From assembly GCA_020723925.1 (NCBI GenBank), contig DYHX01000002.1:1-54577 (forward strand): a stretch of 54,577 bases of DNA, in the 5' to 3' direction. This document shows positions 15,947 through 25,274 of the stretch, piece after piece. Source of the DNA: Nitrospira japonica (lineage in GTDB: Bacteria; Nitrospirota; Thermodesulfovibrionia; Thermodesulfovibrionales; DYHX01). The notes under the pieces are model-generated. The model did not search any database. It saw only the letters and a program-made list of their open reading frames with translations, and was not told the origin of the DNA. The position numbers and the translations under genes were made by a program. The first letter of the stretch is position 1. The number at the start of each line of letters is the position of its first letter.

Positions 15947-17007
15947 ACAAAATATCTTACACCTACAAAGACGGCAAGAAAGCCCTTGATGAAGTCTCGT
16001 TTAATGTCCGAGAAGGAGAGAGCCTGACAATAATCGGGACAAATGGCTCAGGCAAATCAACACTCCTTTATCTTCTTGACGGTCTCCTGATGCCTGAATC
16101 AGGAAGCATAAAGATATTCGGCAAGGATTTAGACAATGGATTTCTGCCCGAGTTCAGAGAGCGGATATCTCTTTTATTCCAGAACCCTCAGGTCCAGCTC
16201 TTTTTATTGAGTGTCTGGGATGAATTGTGTTTCGGACCGTTACAGCTTGGACTTAATAAGGATGATATCAAAAAAAGATCAGAGGATATCCTTAAATTAT
16301 TAGGGATCGAACATCTGAGAGAGAGAGGCCCGTGGAATCTTAGCAGCGGAGAGATGAAAAAGGTCGCCCTCGGCACATGCCTGAGCACAAACGCCGATGT
16401 AATCCTTCTTGATGAGCCAACAACAGGACTCGATCCGAGGAGTCAGGTAGAGCTTGTTGATTTGATAATTGGCCTTCAAAAGGCTGGAAAGACCATAATC
16501 ACAGCAACCCATGACCTCGGAATCATTGAGGATATCTCTGACAGGACAATTGTTCTCGGAGAAGACCACAGGGTTCTTTTGGAAGGGAAGCCGTGGGATG
16601 TGATGGAGGACACAAAGGCACTTCTTCAGGCAAACCTCATCCACAAACATGCACACAGGCACTGCTGGTATGTGCATGAGCACAGCCATTTTGGAGAGCA
16701 CAAACATGAACATATATCAGCTACAACAGTCGGCAGTCTTCAGTCGATAGTCGATAGTCATGAAGAAAAAAATTTAGGAATAAAAGAGGAGAAATGTTTT
16801 GAGATGAGCGATCTGGATAAGCTTAAAAGGTTGCTTGAGCACTGGGTGGAGCACAATGTTGGGCATGCAAAGACCTACACCGAATGGGCTGAGAAGGCAG
16901 ATGCGATGGGCAAAAACAAGCTTGCATGGACATTAAAAGAGATTGCGGATGAGACAGAAAGGCTCAATCTGCTATTTAACAGGGCAATAGAAGCGACAAA
17001 TCTTTAA
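15928..17007 (+). CDS. cbiO: Cobalt ECF transporter ATPase CbiO with a His-rich linker and a C-terminal helical HWVEHN module
   Basis: Walker A GTNGSGKST, signature LSSGEMKKV, Walker B ILLDEPTTGLD, H-loop ATHD. These are followed by HKHAHRHCWYVHEHSHFGEHKHEH (16642-16713) and a 67-aa helical tail. TTG 15928 (MEVFGVDKISY) lies 7 nt after aggag; the track starts at TTG 15901. Confidence 0.85.
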   Translation: MEVFGVDKISYTYKDGKKALDEVSFNVREGESLTIIGTNGSGKSTLLYLLDGLLMPESGSIKIFGKDLDNGFLPEFRERISLLFQNPQVQLFLLSVWDELCFGPLQLGLNKDDIKKRSEDILKLLGIEHLRERGPWNLSSGEMKKVALGTCLSTNADVILLDEPTTGLDPRSQVELVDLIIGLQKAGKTIITATHDLGIIEDISDRTIVLGEDHRVLLEGKPWDVMEDTKALLQANLIHKHAHRHCWYVHEHSHFGEHKHEHISATTVGSLQSIVDSHEEKNLGIKEEKCFEMSDLDKLKRLLEHWVEHNVGHAKTYTEWAEKADAMGKNKLAWTLKEIADETERLNLLFNRAIEATNL

Positions 17008-17069
17008 TGTCCGCTCAAAGAATCCCATTTTTCTGCATTGTTTCTATTTTTCAGTGTGAATAATGCGGG

Positions 17070-19076
17070 TTAATCCGATTTCTTCCATACAATAGTTCTG
17101 TTTTTACCCTCTACCTTTGCCATGTAAAGAGCCCTGTCTGCATTCCTTGTCAGTTCATTTGTGTCTTTTCCATCATCTGGAAATGTGGCAACGCCTGCAC
17201 TTACAGTAATGCAGCGACGGGGAAAGGTCTTCCATATGCATGGTAAGAGTTCCTGGATGTTCCTTCTTATCCTCTCAGCAACAAGATATGCCTCGTCTTT
17301 AGCTGTCTGTGGCATGATAACAGTAAATTCTTCCCCTCCAAAGCGTGCTAATACATCATTAACCCTTAAGGACTCTCGAGCTATATGTGCAATCCCCTTT
17401 AGAACATCATCCCCTGCAAGGTGTCCTTCTGTGTCGTTGAAGAGTTTAAAGTCATCGATGTCAAGCATGGCCAAAGAAAAGGGCAGGTCATGACGAACTG
17501 AACGCTGAATTTCTTCTATAAAACGATCATGGAAATAGCGCCTGTTAAACACTCCTGTGAGAGAGTCGGTAATCGAAAGCTCCTTCATCTGCTCAGCAAG
17601 GCTGTAATAGTTAGACGCCCTTAAGGCGATGGAAGCATAAGGGGCAAAATAGCTCAGCAAGGCCAGGTCTTGTTCTGAGAATACCTCTCCTGTTGTTTTA
17701 TCCGAGATATTGAGAACACCTATGGTCTCTTCACCAACCTTTAATGGTATACAAACGAATGACCCTCCTTTGTAATGAGGTCTGGCTTTATATGCAGTGC
17801 CTCCTATATTTTCAACTAAAAGAGGTATACCCTCTTTGAACACCTTCCCTGCAACTCCCTCTCCTATCTTGATTTTTATATCCCGCGTAAGCCATTTGTT
17901 TATGCCCTTTACAGCCTTTATTGACAGCTCGCCTCTATCTTCATCGGGAAGCATTAGCGAACCCCTTTCTGCCTTTAAAAGGCGAGTCGTAGTATCCACA
18001 ATTGTCTCATACAGGGCATCAGGGGTATGTAACACAGCAGGCAAACTTGTGGCTGCGAGGTTAAGGGCAGCTATATCCTTGGTGTGTGCATCATAAACGG
18101 TCTGCAGAGATGTGTTTCTTAACACAAAACCAACAAGGTTGCAGAGCTCGGATATACATTCAGATTCTTCCCTCGCGATAAGGGAGTTGAATATTCCTAA
18201 AACTCCAAATACATTTTCTTTGCAAAAAATCGGGAATAAATGTATGGATGCTATATTATCCGGAAAGCCGAGTCTTAATATCTCCATGTTATCATTGCAG
18301 GATACAGGACTGCGCCCCTTGATGGATCGAGAAATCATCCATGCTTCTTCTTTCAGAAAGACAGACTCAACATCGCCCTTCGATCTCCCCGCTGAAATCA
18401 TCGGCTTAAAGAGGGCGCCGTCTTTAACCATTACAGAAACGGTATCCACATTAAGCAGGAAGAGAAGGGCATCAACCATGAGGGAATAAACCTCACCTGT
18501 TGTAATAGGCTGTTGAATGTTTGACAAGACATCTATAATGGTTTTTGCCCATTGGTATCTCTTACGGTTCAGATTCCGTTCATAACCGCACCTTAATACT
18601 GTGTTGAGCAGAAGTTTTATATGCGTAGATATACTTTGAATCGTTTCGTAGTCTCTCACCGTAATCTTTTGTGACCAGGATTGGAGCTGTGATGGGGTAA
18701 GCCCATAGCTCTGCCCTTTTTTCATATAGAACTCTTCAAAATCCCTGTTCGAAAGATAAAATGCACCGCCAACCAAAACAAGGGCACAACCATCTACCTG
18801 TGATGGTATGAAAAGATGATGCTGGTCAGCAGGCCCTTTGAACAGTGAGATTTCCTTCCTCATTGCTGCCATTTCAATCCCTTTCCGCACAAAATCCCCA
18901 TATTCCTCTCTTCCTGCCGTATATGATTTTATAAATGCGAGGAGTTTGTCTTCATATTTTGGAGGGATGAGTAAATGCCCCCTGTCATCGTATGTGGAAA
19001 ATGAAAAACCGGTAAGCTCTGAGAACGAATCCTGAACAACGGATAATCCCTGAATATCAACAAGTTCCAAGTTCAT
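17070..19076 (-). CDS. Diguanylate cyclase: PocR-like sensor, two GAF domains and a GGDEF domain
   Basis: The C-terminal part DSLTGVFNRRYF...LAMLDIDDFKLFNDTEGHLAGDDVL...RFGGEEFTVIM carries a GGEEF active site. GAF-like repeats occupy the middle. The N-terminal 150 aa resemble the PocR sensory domain pattern. Confidence 0.8.
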   Translation of the reverse strand: MNLELVDIQGLSVVQDSFSELTGFSFSTYDDRGHLLIPPKYEDKLLAFIKSYTAGREEYGDFVRKGIEMAAMRKEISLFKGPADQHHLFIPSQVDGCALVLVGGAFYLSNRDFEEFYMKKGQSYGLTPSQLQSWSQKITVRDYETIQSISTHIKLLLNTVLRCGYERNLNRKRYQWAKTIIDVLSNIQQPITTGEVYSLMVDALLFLLNVDTVSVMVKDGALFKPMISAGRSKGDVESVFLKEEAWMISRSIKGRSPVSCNDNMEILRLGFPDNIASIHLFPIFCKENVFGVLGIFNSLIAREESECISELCNLVGFVLRNTSLQTVYDAHTKDIAALNLAATSLPAVLHTPDALYETIVDTTTRLLKAERGSLMLPDEDRGELSIKAVKGINKWLTRDIKIKIGEGVAGKVFKEGIPLLVENIGGTAYKARPHYKGGSFVCIPLKVGEETIGVLNISDKTTGEVFSEQDLALLSYFAPYASIALRASNYYSLAEQMKELSITDSLTGVFNRRYFHDRFIEEIQRSVRHDLPFSLAMLDIDDFKLFNDTEGHLAGDDVLKGIAHIARESLRVNDVLARFGGEEFTVIMPQTAKDEAYLVAERIRRNIQELLPCIWKTFPRRCITVSAGVATFPDDGKDTNELTRNADRALYMAKVEGKNRTIVWKKSD

Positions 19077-19147
19077 AGGTCTCTTTCTAAAATTATTTTA
19101 TCTTAAAACATATCAAACTACAACCCCAATAATAATATCTCTAATTT

Positions 19148-20674
19148 TTAATTTTGTGAGACCCTATCGATCCCATACTTCTTCATCTTATAACCTATCT
19201 GTCTTGGCGTGAAGCCGAGGAGGCGGGCTGCACGGGCATGTACCCAGCCAGTCTTTTTAAGGGCCTCAAGGATCCTATGTTTTTCTGTCTCCTCAAGGCT
19301 GGCCTTGAGTGTCTCTTTAAGTGGGATTTCCTTTATCATAGGACTCTTAAGGTTTAATGGAAGATTCGCTGGTCTAATAATTTTATCCGTGGACATTACA
19401 ACAAGCCTCTCTATGGTATTTTCAAGTTCACGCACATTTCCAGGCCAGTCGTAATCCACGAGAATCCTGAGGGCATCTGAAGAGATTGAGATATCCTTCT
19501 TGTTTTCCTCATTAAACCGCTTTAGAAAAAATTCTATCAAGAGCGGCATATCTTCTTTCCTCTCCCTGAGTGCAGGCAGAAATACCGGCACAACATTCAG
19601 TCTATAGTATAAATCCTCCCTGAACCTGCCCTGCGAGACGAAGTCTTCAAGATGTCTGCTGGTCGCAGCGATAAGCCTGACATCGACCTTTATTGTCCTC
19701 TCCCCGCCAACACGCTCAAACTCCTTCTCTTGAAGCACTCTGAGAATCTTTGGCTGAAGATTAACCGTCAGGTCTCCTATCTCATCGAGGAATATTGTCC
19801 CTCTATCTGCAAGCTCAAATCTGCCCCGCCTCGATGAGATCGCACCTGTGAATGCTCCTTTTTCATGGCCGAAAAGCTCTGATTCAAGAAGGCCCTCGGG
19901 TATAGAGGCACAGTTGAATTTTATAAAGGGTCCCTTTGCCCTGGGGCTCATATAATGAATCGCCTTTGCAATCAGCTCTTTTCCTGTACCGCTTTCCCCT
20001 CTTAGTAGCACCGTTGCCTTTGAAGCAGCTACACGGTGTATTGACTCAAACACCTCCTGCATCCTGTCAGACTGGCCTATAACATTATCTATTCTATATC
20101 TGCCTTTGAGCTCCCTCCTCAGTTCCTCCCTCTCCCATAGGAGGGCTTCCTTCTCTTTCTCAATCTCCCTGTATAGCTTCACAGACTGGGCAATAAGTGA
20201 CGCGATAATCTTAAGGAGCCTGAGGTCTTCTTCAAAGGAGATGCCTTTGGATTCAAAGAGCCTATCAACACTCAAGACACCAAGTATCTCATGCTTGAAT
20301 TTTATAGGGACACACAGGAAGGCAATGTTTTCTTTCTTTATATCCTTCCTCGCACCTGTCCTGTCAAGGAATAGGGGTTCGTCTCCAACATTAGGAATAA
20401 CAATCGGAGAGCCGAGCTTTGCAACCCTTCCGATGATGCCTTCTCCGAGTTTATATCTTCCCCTTTTAATCTCCTCACCTGTAAGGCCATGCGCTGCCTC
20501 TATTGCAATCTCACCATCTTTTTTAAGGGCAACAGTTCCCCTCTTCATATCCATGAACTCGGCGAGGACTCTCATAGCACTTTTCAAATTAGACCGCAGG
20601 TCAAGGGATGAGCCGAGTATCTTGCTTATCTCGTAAAGTGTTGTGAGCTCGATTGTCTTGTAATCTTTCTGCAT
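19148..20674 (-). CDS. Sigma54-dependent transcriptional activator (GAF-AAA+-HTH, NifA-like architecture)
   Basis: An N-terminal GAF domain is followed by [30 protein letters not shown] (a GAFTGA loop) and a C-terminal Fis-type HTH ([21 protein letters not shown]). Confidence 0.85.
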   Translation of the reverse strand: MQKDYKTIELTTLYEISKILGSSLDLRSNLKSAMRVLAEFMDMKRGTVALKKDGEIAIEAAHGLTGEEIKRGRYKLGEGIIGRVAKLGSPIVIPNVGDEPLFLDRTGARKDIKKENIAFLCVPIKFKHEILGVLSVDRLFESKGISFEEDLRLLKIIASLIAQSVKLYREIEKEKEALLWEREELRRELKGRYRIDNVIGQSDRMQEVFESIHRVAASKATVLLRGESGTGKELIAKAIHYMSPRAKGPFIKFNCASIPEGLLESELFGHEKGAFTGAISSRRGRFELADRGTIFLDEIGDLTVNLQPKILRVLQEKEFERVGGERTIKVDVRLIAATSRHLEDFVSQGRFREDLYYRLNVVPVFLPALRERKEDMPLLIEFFLKRFNEENKKDISISSDALRILVDYDWPGNVRELENTIERLVVMSTDKIIRPANLPLNLKSPMIKEIPLKETLKASLEETEKHRILEALKKTGWVHARAARLLGFTPRQIGYKMKKYGIDRVSQN

Positions 20675-20802
20675 GAGTCTAATTTATTCGAAATCATCCA
20701 AAAAATGCAAAGGTGCCCAATATTTAATCATGTATGCCTAAAAGTTAGGCACGGTTAATGTCAGGCTTATGGAAAAATCCTTATTCTCCAATGGACAGAT
20801 TC

Positions 20803-20817
20803 TGGCATGTTTGTTGA
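20803..20817 (+). promoter_or_regulatory. Weak sigma54 -24/-12-like element upstream of the GATase gene
   Basis: TGGCAT-gtttg-TTGA has the correct GG to -12 spacing but GA instead of GC at -12. It lies 17 nt before the ATG. Confidence 0.25.
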
Positions 20818-20833
20818 TATCAAATAAAATATA

Positions 20834-21532
20834 ATGATGTCGGTCTTGATTTTAAAGAACATAATCTCTGAAGGTCCATGGACAATAGAGGATTTTCTAA
20901 GAGAAAACCATATCCCCTACAGGATTGTTGAACTTGCGACTGAAACGTTACCTGATACAGAGGAATTCGACGCCCTTGTGATGATGGGCGGACCGATGAG
21001 CGTGAATGAAGACGACATCTATCCATATATAAAGAAAGAAGAGGAACTTGTAAGGGAATTCATCAGCAAGGGCAAGAAAATCCTCGGCATCTGCCTTGGA
21101 GCACAGATAATAGCAAAGGCACTTGGTGCAAAAGTATATGTAGGTCGTGAGAAAGAGATTGGATGGTATGATATTGAGCTTACAGAGGATGGAATCAGAG
21201 ATTGCTTTATGAAGAAGCTTGCAGTGCATCCGAGGGCAGGAGATTTCTGGAAGAGATTCAAGGTATTCCAGTGGCATGGTGAGACGTTTGACATTCCTGA
21301 TGCAGCTGTCAGGATTGCGAAATCGACAATCTATCCGAACCAGGCATTCAGATATGGTAAAAATGTCTACGCCTTTCAATTTCATATAGAAGTAAGAAAA
21401 GAAATGATATATGATTGGCTTAAGAACGAGTCAGTTGATATAGACGGCATCAGGAGAGAAACCGATATTATATACAATGACTATCTCGGCAGGGCGATGA
21501 ATTTCTATAAGGCATTTTTTGGAAAACAGTGA
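20834..21532 (+). CDS. Class I glutamine amidotransferase (GMP synthase-like GATase domain protein)
   Basis: Nucleophile elbow ILGICLGAQIIA, with the His/Glu region FQFHIE near the C-terminus. Confidence 0.8.
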   Translation: MMSVLILKNIISEGPWTIEDFLRENHIPYRIVELATETLPDTEEFDALVMMGGPMSVNEDDIYPYIKKEEELVREFISKGKKILGICLGAQIIAKALGAKVYVGREKEIGWYDIELTEDGIRDCFMKKLAVHPRAGDFWKRFKVFQWHGETFDIPDAAVRIAKSTIYPNQAFRYGKNVYAFQFHIEVRKEMIYDWLKNESVDIDGIRRETDIIYNDYLGRAMNFYKAFFGKQ

Positions 21533-21594
21533 ATAGTGGATAGTCTTTTACTAACGACTATTACTAACGACTAACTACTAAGATTAGGAGGTGA

Positions 21595-21936
<342 letters not shown>

Positions 21937-22035
21937 AAAACAGTGAATAGTCGTTAGTGAATAGTTTTTAGTTAAAAGGAAATAAATCATTTGCTATTCA
22001 CTGTTCACTAACTACTAAAAATAAAAGGAGGATGT

Positions 22036-23448
22036 ATGACACCAAAGGACGTAATCAAACTTGCACAGGAAAACAAGGCACAGATGGTGGACTTCAAGTT
22101 CCTTGATTTCCCTGGCATATGGCAGCACTTTTCAGTGCCTGTGGATGAACTGAAAGAGGAGATATTTGAAGAGGGTCTCGGATTCGATGGCTCATCCATA
22201 AGGGGATGGCAGGCAATCCACACATCGGACATGCTCATAATTCCTGACCCGGCAACAGCGTTCATGGATCCTTTCAGGGAGTACCCAACCCTCAGCCTCA
22301 CATGCAACATAGTTGACCCCATAACAAAGGAGTATTACTCGAGGGATCCAAGGTATATAGCACAAAAGGCTGAGAACTATCTTAAGTCAACAAGAATAGG
22401 TGATCTGGCCTACTTTGGCCCTGAGCCTGAGTTTTTTATTCTTGATGATGTAAGGTTTGACCAGACAGCCAACAGCGGCTATTATTTCCTCGATTCAAAA
22501 GAGGGCATCTGGAATTCAGGCAGGGAAGAGAATCCTAACCTCGGTTATAAGCCAAGGCATAAGGAAGGTTATTTCCCTGTGCCGCCAACAGACAGCCAGG
22601 AAGACCTGAGGACAGAGATGGTCTTAGAGCTGCAAAAATGCGGCATATATGTTGAAAAACAGCACCATGAGGTTGCTACAGCAGGTCAAGCAGAAATAGA
22701 TATGAGATTTAACTCCCTTGTAAGAATGGCAGACCAGATGATGATATTTAAGTATATAGTAAAGAATGTTGCAAGGAGGCATGGTAAGACAGTAACGTTT
22801 ATGCCAAAGCCGATATTTGGTGATAATGGCTCGGGTATGCATACACACCAGAGCCTCTGGAAGAATGGGAAACCCTTATTCGCTGGCAATGGCTATGCCG
22901 GTTTAAGTGAGCTTGCCCTTTATTACATAGGCGGAATACTTAAACATGCACCAGCCCTTGCTGCACTTACAAACCCGACAACAAACTCATACAAAAGGCT
23001 TACGCCCGGTTTTGAGGCACCTGTTAATCTCGCATATTCAGCCAGGAACCGTTCAGCCTCAATCCGTATCCCAACTTATTCCCCAAGCCCAAAGGCAAAG
23101 AGATGCGAGGTGAGATTCCCTGACCCAGCATGTAACCCTTATCTTGCCTTTGCTGCAATGCTCATGGCAGGACTTGATGGAATCGAAAACAAGATACATC
23201 CAGGCGAACCACTTGACAAGGACATCTATGAGCTCGGGCCCGAGGAACTTGCTTCAGTGCCAACAATGCCAGCAAGCCTTGAAGAGGCGCTCGATAATCT
23301 TGAAGCAGACCACGAGTTTCTGATGAAGGGTGATGTATTCACAGAGGATGCAATCGAGACATGGATAAGCTACAAGAGGTCAAAAGAGGTTGATGCCCTC
23401 AGGCTCAGGCCGCACCCATACGAGTTTTTCCTTTACTACGATATTTAA
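22036..23448 (+). CDS. glnA: Glutamine synthetase type I
   Basis: 470 aa, with GS-I motifs [27 protein letters not shown] and [17 protein letters not shown]. Confidence 0.95.
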   Translation: MTPKDVIKLAQENKAQMVDFKFLDFPGIWQHFSVPVDELKEEIFEEGLGFDGSSIRGWQAIHTSDMLIIPDPATAFMDPFREYPTLSLTCNIVDPITKEYYSRDPRYIAQKAENYLKSTRIGDLAYFGPEPEFFILDDVRFDQTANSGYYFLDSKEGIWNSGREENPNLGYKPRHKEGYFPVPPTDSQEDLRTEMVLELQKCGIYVEKQHHEVATAGQAEIDMRFNSLVRMADQMMIFKYIVKNVARRHGKTVTFMPKPIFGDNGSGMHTHQSLWKNGKPLFAGNGYAGLSELALYYIGGILKHAPALAALTNPTTNSYKRLTPGFEAPVNLAYSARNRSASIRIPTYSPSPKAKRCEVRFPDPACNPYLAFAAMLMAGLDGIENKIHPGEPLDKDIYELGPEELASVPTMPASLEEALDNLEADHEFLMKGDVFTEDAIETWISYKRSKEVDALRLRPHPYEFFLYYDI

Positions 23449-23467
23449 GAAAAATATTAAGACTATT

Positions 23468-23508
23468 AAAAGAGGGGGGAAGCGAAAATTTCGCTTCCCC
23501 CCTCTTTT
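23468..23508. terminator. Near-perfect 20-bp-stem palindrome, bidirectional terminator between glnA and the convergent gene
   Basis: aaaagaggggggaagcgaaa-a-tttcgcttcccccctctttt has A/T runs on both sides. Confidence 0.85.
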
Positions 23509-23836
23509 AATAGATTGACCTAATTCTTCCTGTCTTACGGTCAAAAAGAACTTTATCTATCAGCCTTTCGTCTTTATAGATATCTGTCTCTATAAATCTT
23601 CCTTTATGCTGCATATTGACTGCCTTAATGCCCTTTTCAGCATAATACTTTTCTATAGCATCCATCGCCTCCAGCGGCTTAAGCGTCTCCTTACAGACAC
23701 CGTAGATGCTGTACCACTGGCAGTAGTCACCATAAGGCGTTACATTGTCTTCTGCTGCATGGGCAATAGGTGCCACGGGCAGTGCTAAAATAATGGCTGA
23801 GAGTAGAATCAAGTGCATTGGACTGTTTGCTTTCAC
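23507..23836 (-). CDS. Small secreted protein of unknown function (signal peptide, two Cys)
   Basis: HLILLSAIILALPVAPIAHA-AE is a signal peptide. The mature ~80 aa include CQWYSIYGVC. The gene is co-oriented with the downstream kinase/regulator pair. The start is GTG 23836 or ATG 23818. Confidence 0.55.
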   Translation of the reverse strand: MKANSPMHLILLSAIILALPVAPIAHAAEDNVTPYGDYCQWYSIYGVCKETLKPLEAMDAIEKYYAEKGIKAVNMQHKGRFIETDIYKDERLIDKVLFDRKTGRIRSIY

Positions 23837-23906
23837 CTCCCTTTACCTAACATTTTAAATATCGATAATGAAGAAATTATGAAAAAACCTAAATCTTCTC
23901 TGCATT

Positions 23907-25274
23907 CTATATATCCCTAAATGGCAACCATACCCTGAAAGTCGTTCCCTCGCCGACACTGCTCTTAACATCAACCCTCCCGCCCATCGCATCGATAAGC
24001 TCCTTCACAATTGCAAGGCCAAGCCCAATGCCCTCACCAGAAGCAGAGGAGTTCTCTCCCCTGTAGAACCTTTCGAATATCATTGGCAGTTCACCCGCAG
24101 GTATCCCGGCACCAGAGTCCCTCACCTCAATAAAAAATCCCCGGCCTTCAGTGCCATAATCAACCCATACGCCGCCCTTCTCTGTATATTTCAAAGAATT
24201 CGAAATTATATTCTTTATTATCCTATCGAGCTTGTCAGTATCAGTTATGACATTAATATCGCTTCTGCCAGCGACCTTAAGCTCAAGCCCCTTTTCTGAG
24301 AAAAGGGGTTGCATAACATATGCTATCCCATCGAGAAATTCTCTTAGGTTTACTCTTGCATAATCTCCTTTTGAGAAGAAGCTTGCCTCAGCCTTTGTGA
24401 AGTCTTCTATACCCTCAACAAGCTTGATTAATCTCTCGACCTCACCTCTTATATTCTCAAGCCCTTCATGTCTGTTTTCAATCACCCCATCTATCACAGC
24501 CTCGACATTCGCCTTCATGACTGTAAGCGGTGTCCTCAACTCATGTGCTATATTTGAGGTGAGATGTCTTCTCAAGGCTTCCTCCCTCTGGAGGGCCTCA
24601 GCCATATAGTTGAAGCTGTCTGATAACTTTCCTATCTCATCTTTTTTTGACCTTGTCTTCACCCGGACACTGAAATCGCTCTTTGCTACTGCCGCGGCAG
24701 CACTCTTAAGTCTCTTGATAGGTCTTGACAGAAAGAGGCTGAAAAAGACGGCCAGGAACAAGGCTCCACCACCAGCAATCAAGAATGATATTGTCAGAAA
24801 ATCTTTCCCCCTCTTTTTAAAAATCAGCTCTTTCTCTTTAATCAGTCCTTCTCTGCTCAAAGCCCTGACATATAATGTGCCTACCTCTTTTCCCTCTATA
24901 TAGAGTGGATAAGGTTCAAATTCTCCTTCTGCTGAATGAATATGGACCAGTGCCTCCATCCTGCGTCTCATGGCAGGAGACAATGAATCAACAACGTCCT
25001 CTGAACTCATTATCTCCACACCATCCTTATCTTCAATACGCACATCGAAACCAAGCATCATTGCCCAGTGTATAGAGTCTGCAAGTGATCTTCTGTCCCA
25101 TTCACCGTTCAAATAGCTGCCCTCAACAGATGCAAGGACCCAGTAAAATTGATCTTCCTTTGTGCCCCTGACGTAATCCTCAAAGTCCTTTATAATCAGC
25201 CATCTGAATATAAAATTAGAGATAAGGGCAATAAATATTACGGATAAAAATGCAAGAAATAGCTTAGTTCTCAT
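23907..25274 (-). CDS. Sensor histidine kinase (2 TM, HAMP, HisKA, HATPase_c)
   Basis: H-box SNIAHELRTPLT, N-box IIKNIISNSLKYT, G-boxes VRDSGAGIP and GIGLGLAIVKELI. Confidence 0.9.
   Translation of the reverse strand: MRTKLFLAFLSVIFIALISNFIFRWLIIKDFEDYVRGTKEDQFYWVLASVEGSYLNGEWDRRSLADSIHWAMMLGFDVRIEDKDGVEIMSSEDVVDSLSPAMRRRMEALVHIHSAEGEFEPYPLYIEGKEVGTLYVRALSREGLIKEKELIFKKRGKDFLTISFLIAGGGALFLAVFFSLFLSRPIKRLKSAAAAVAKSDFSVRVKTRSKKDEIGKLSDSFNYMAEALQREEALRRHLTSNIAHELRTPLTVMKANVEAVIDGVIENRHEGLENIRGEVERLIKLVEGIEDFTKAEASFFSKGDYARVNLREFLDGIAYVMQPLFSEKGLELKVAGRSDINVITDTDKLDRIIKNIISNSLKYTEKGGVWVDYGTEGRGFFIEVRDSGAGIPAGELPMIFERFYRGENSSASGEGIGLGLAIVKELIDAMGGRVDVKSSVGEGTTFRVWLPFRDI

Noticed and set aside
337-17069. 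A tRNA-Arg-anchored genomic island comprising the corrinoid cluster.
   Set aside because: There is no integrase, no direct repeat of the tRNA 3-prime end near 17.0 kb, and no other mobility genes. The idea of an insertion into cbiMNQO is retained separately as an inference.
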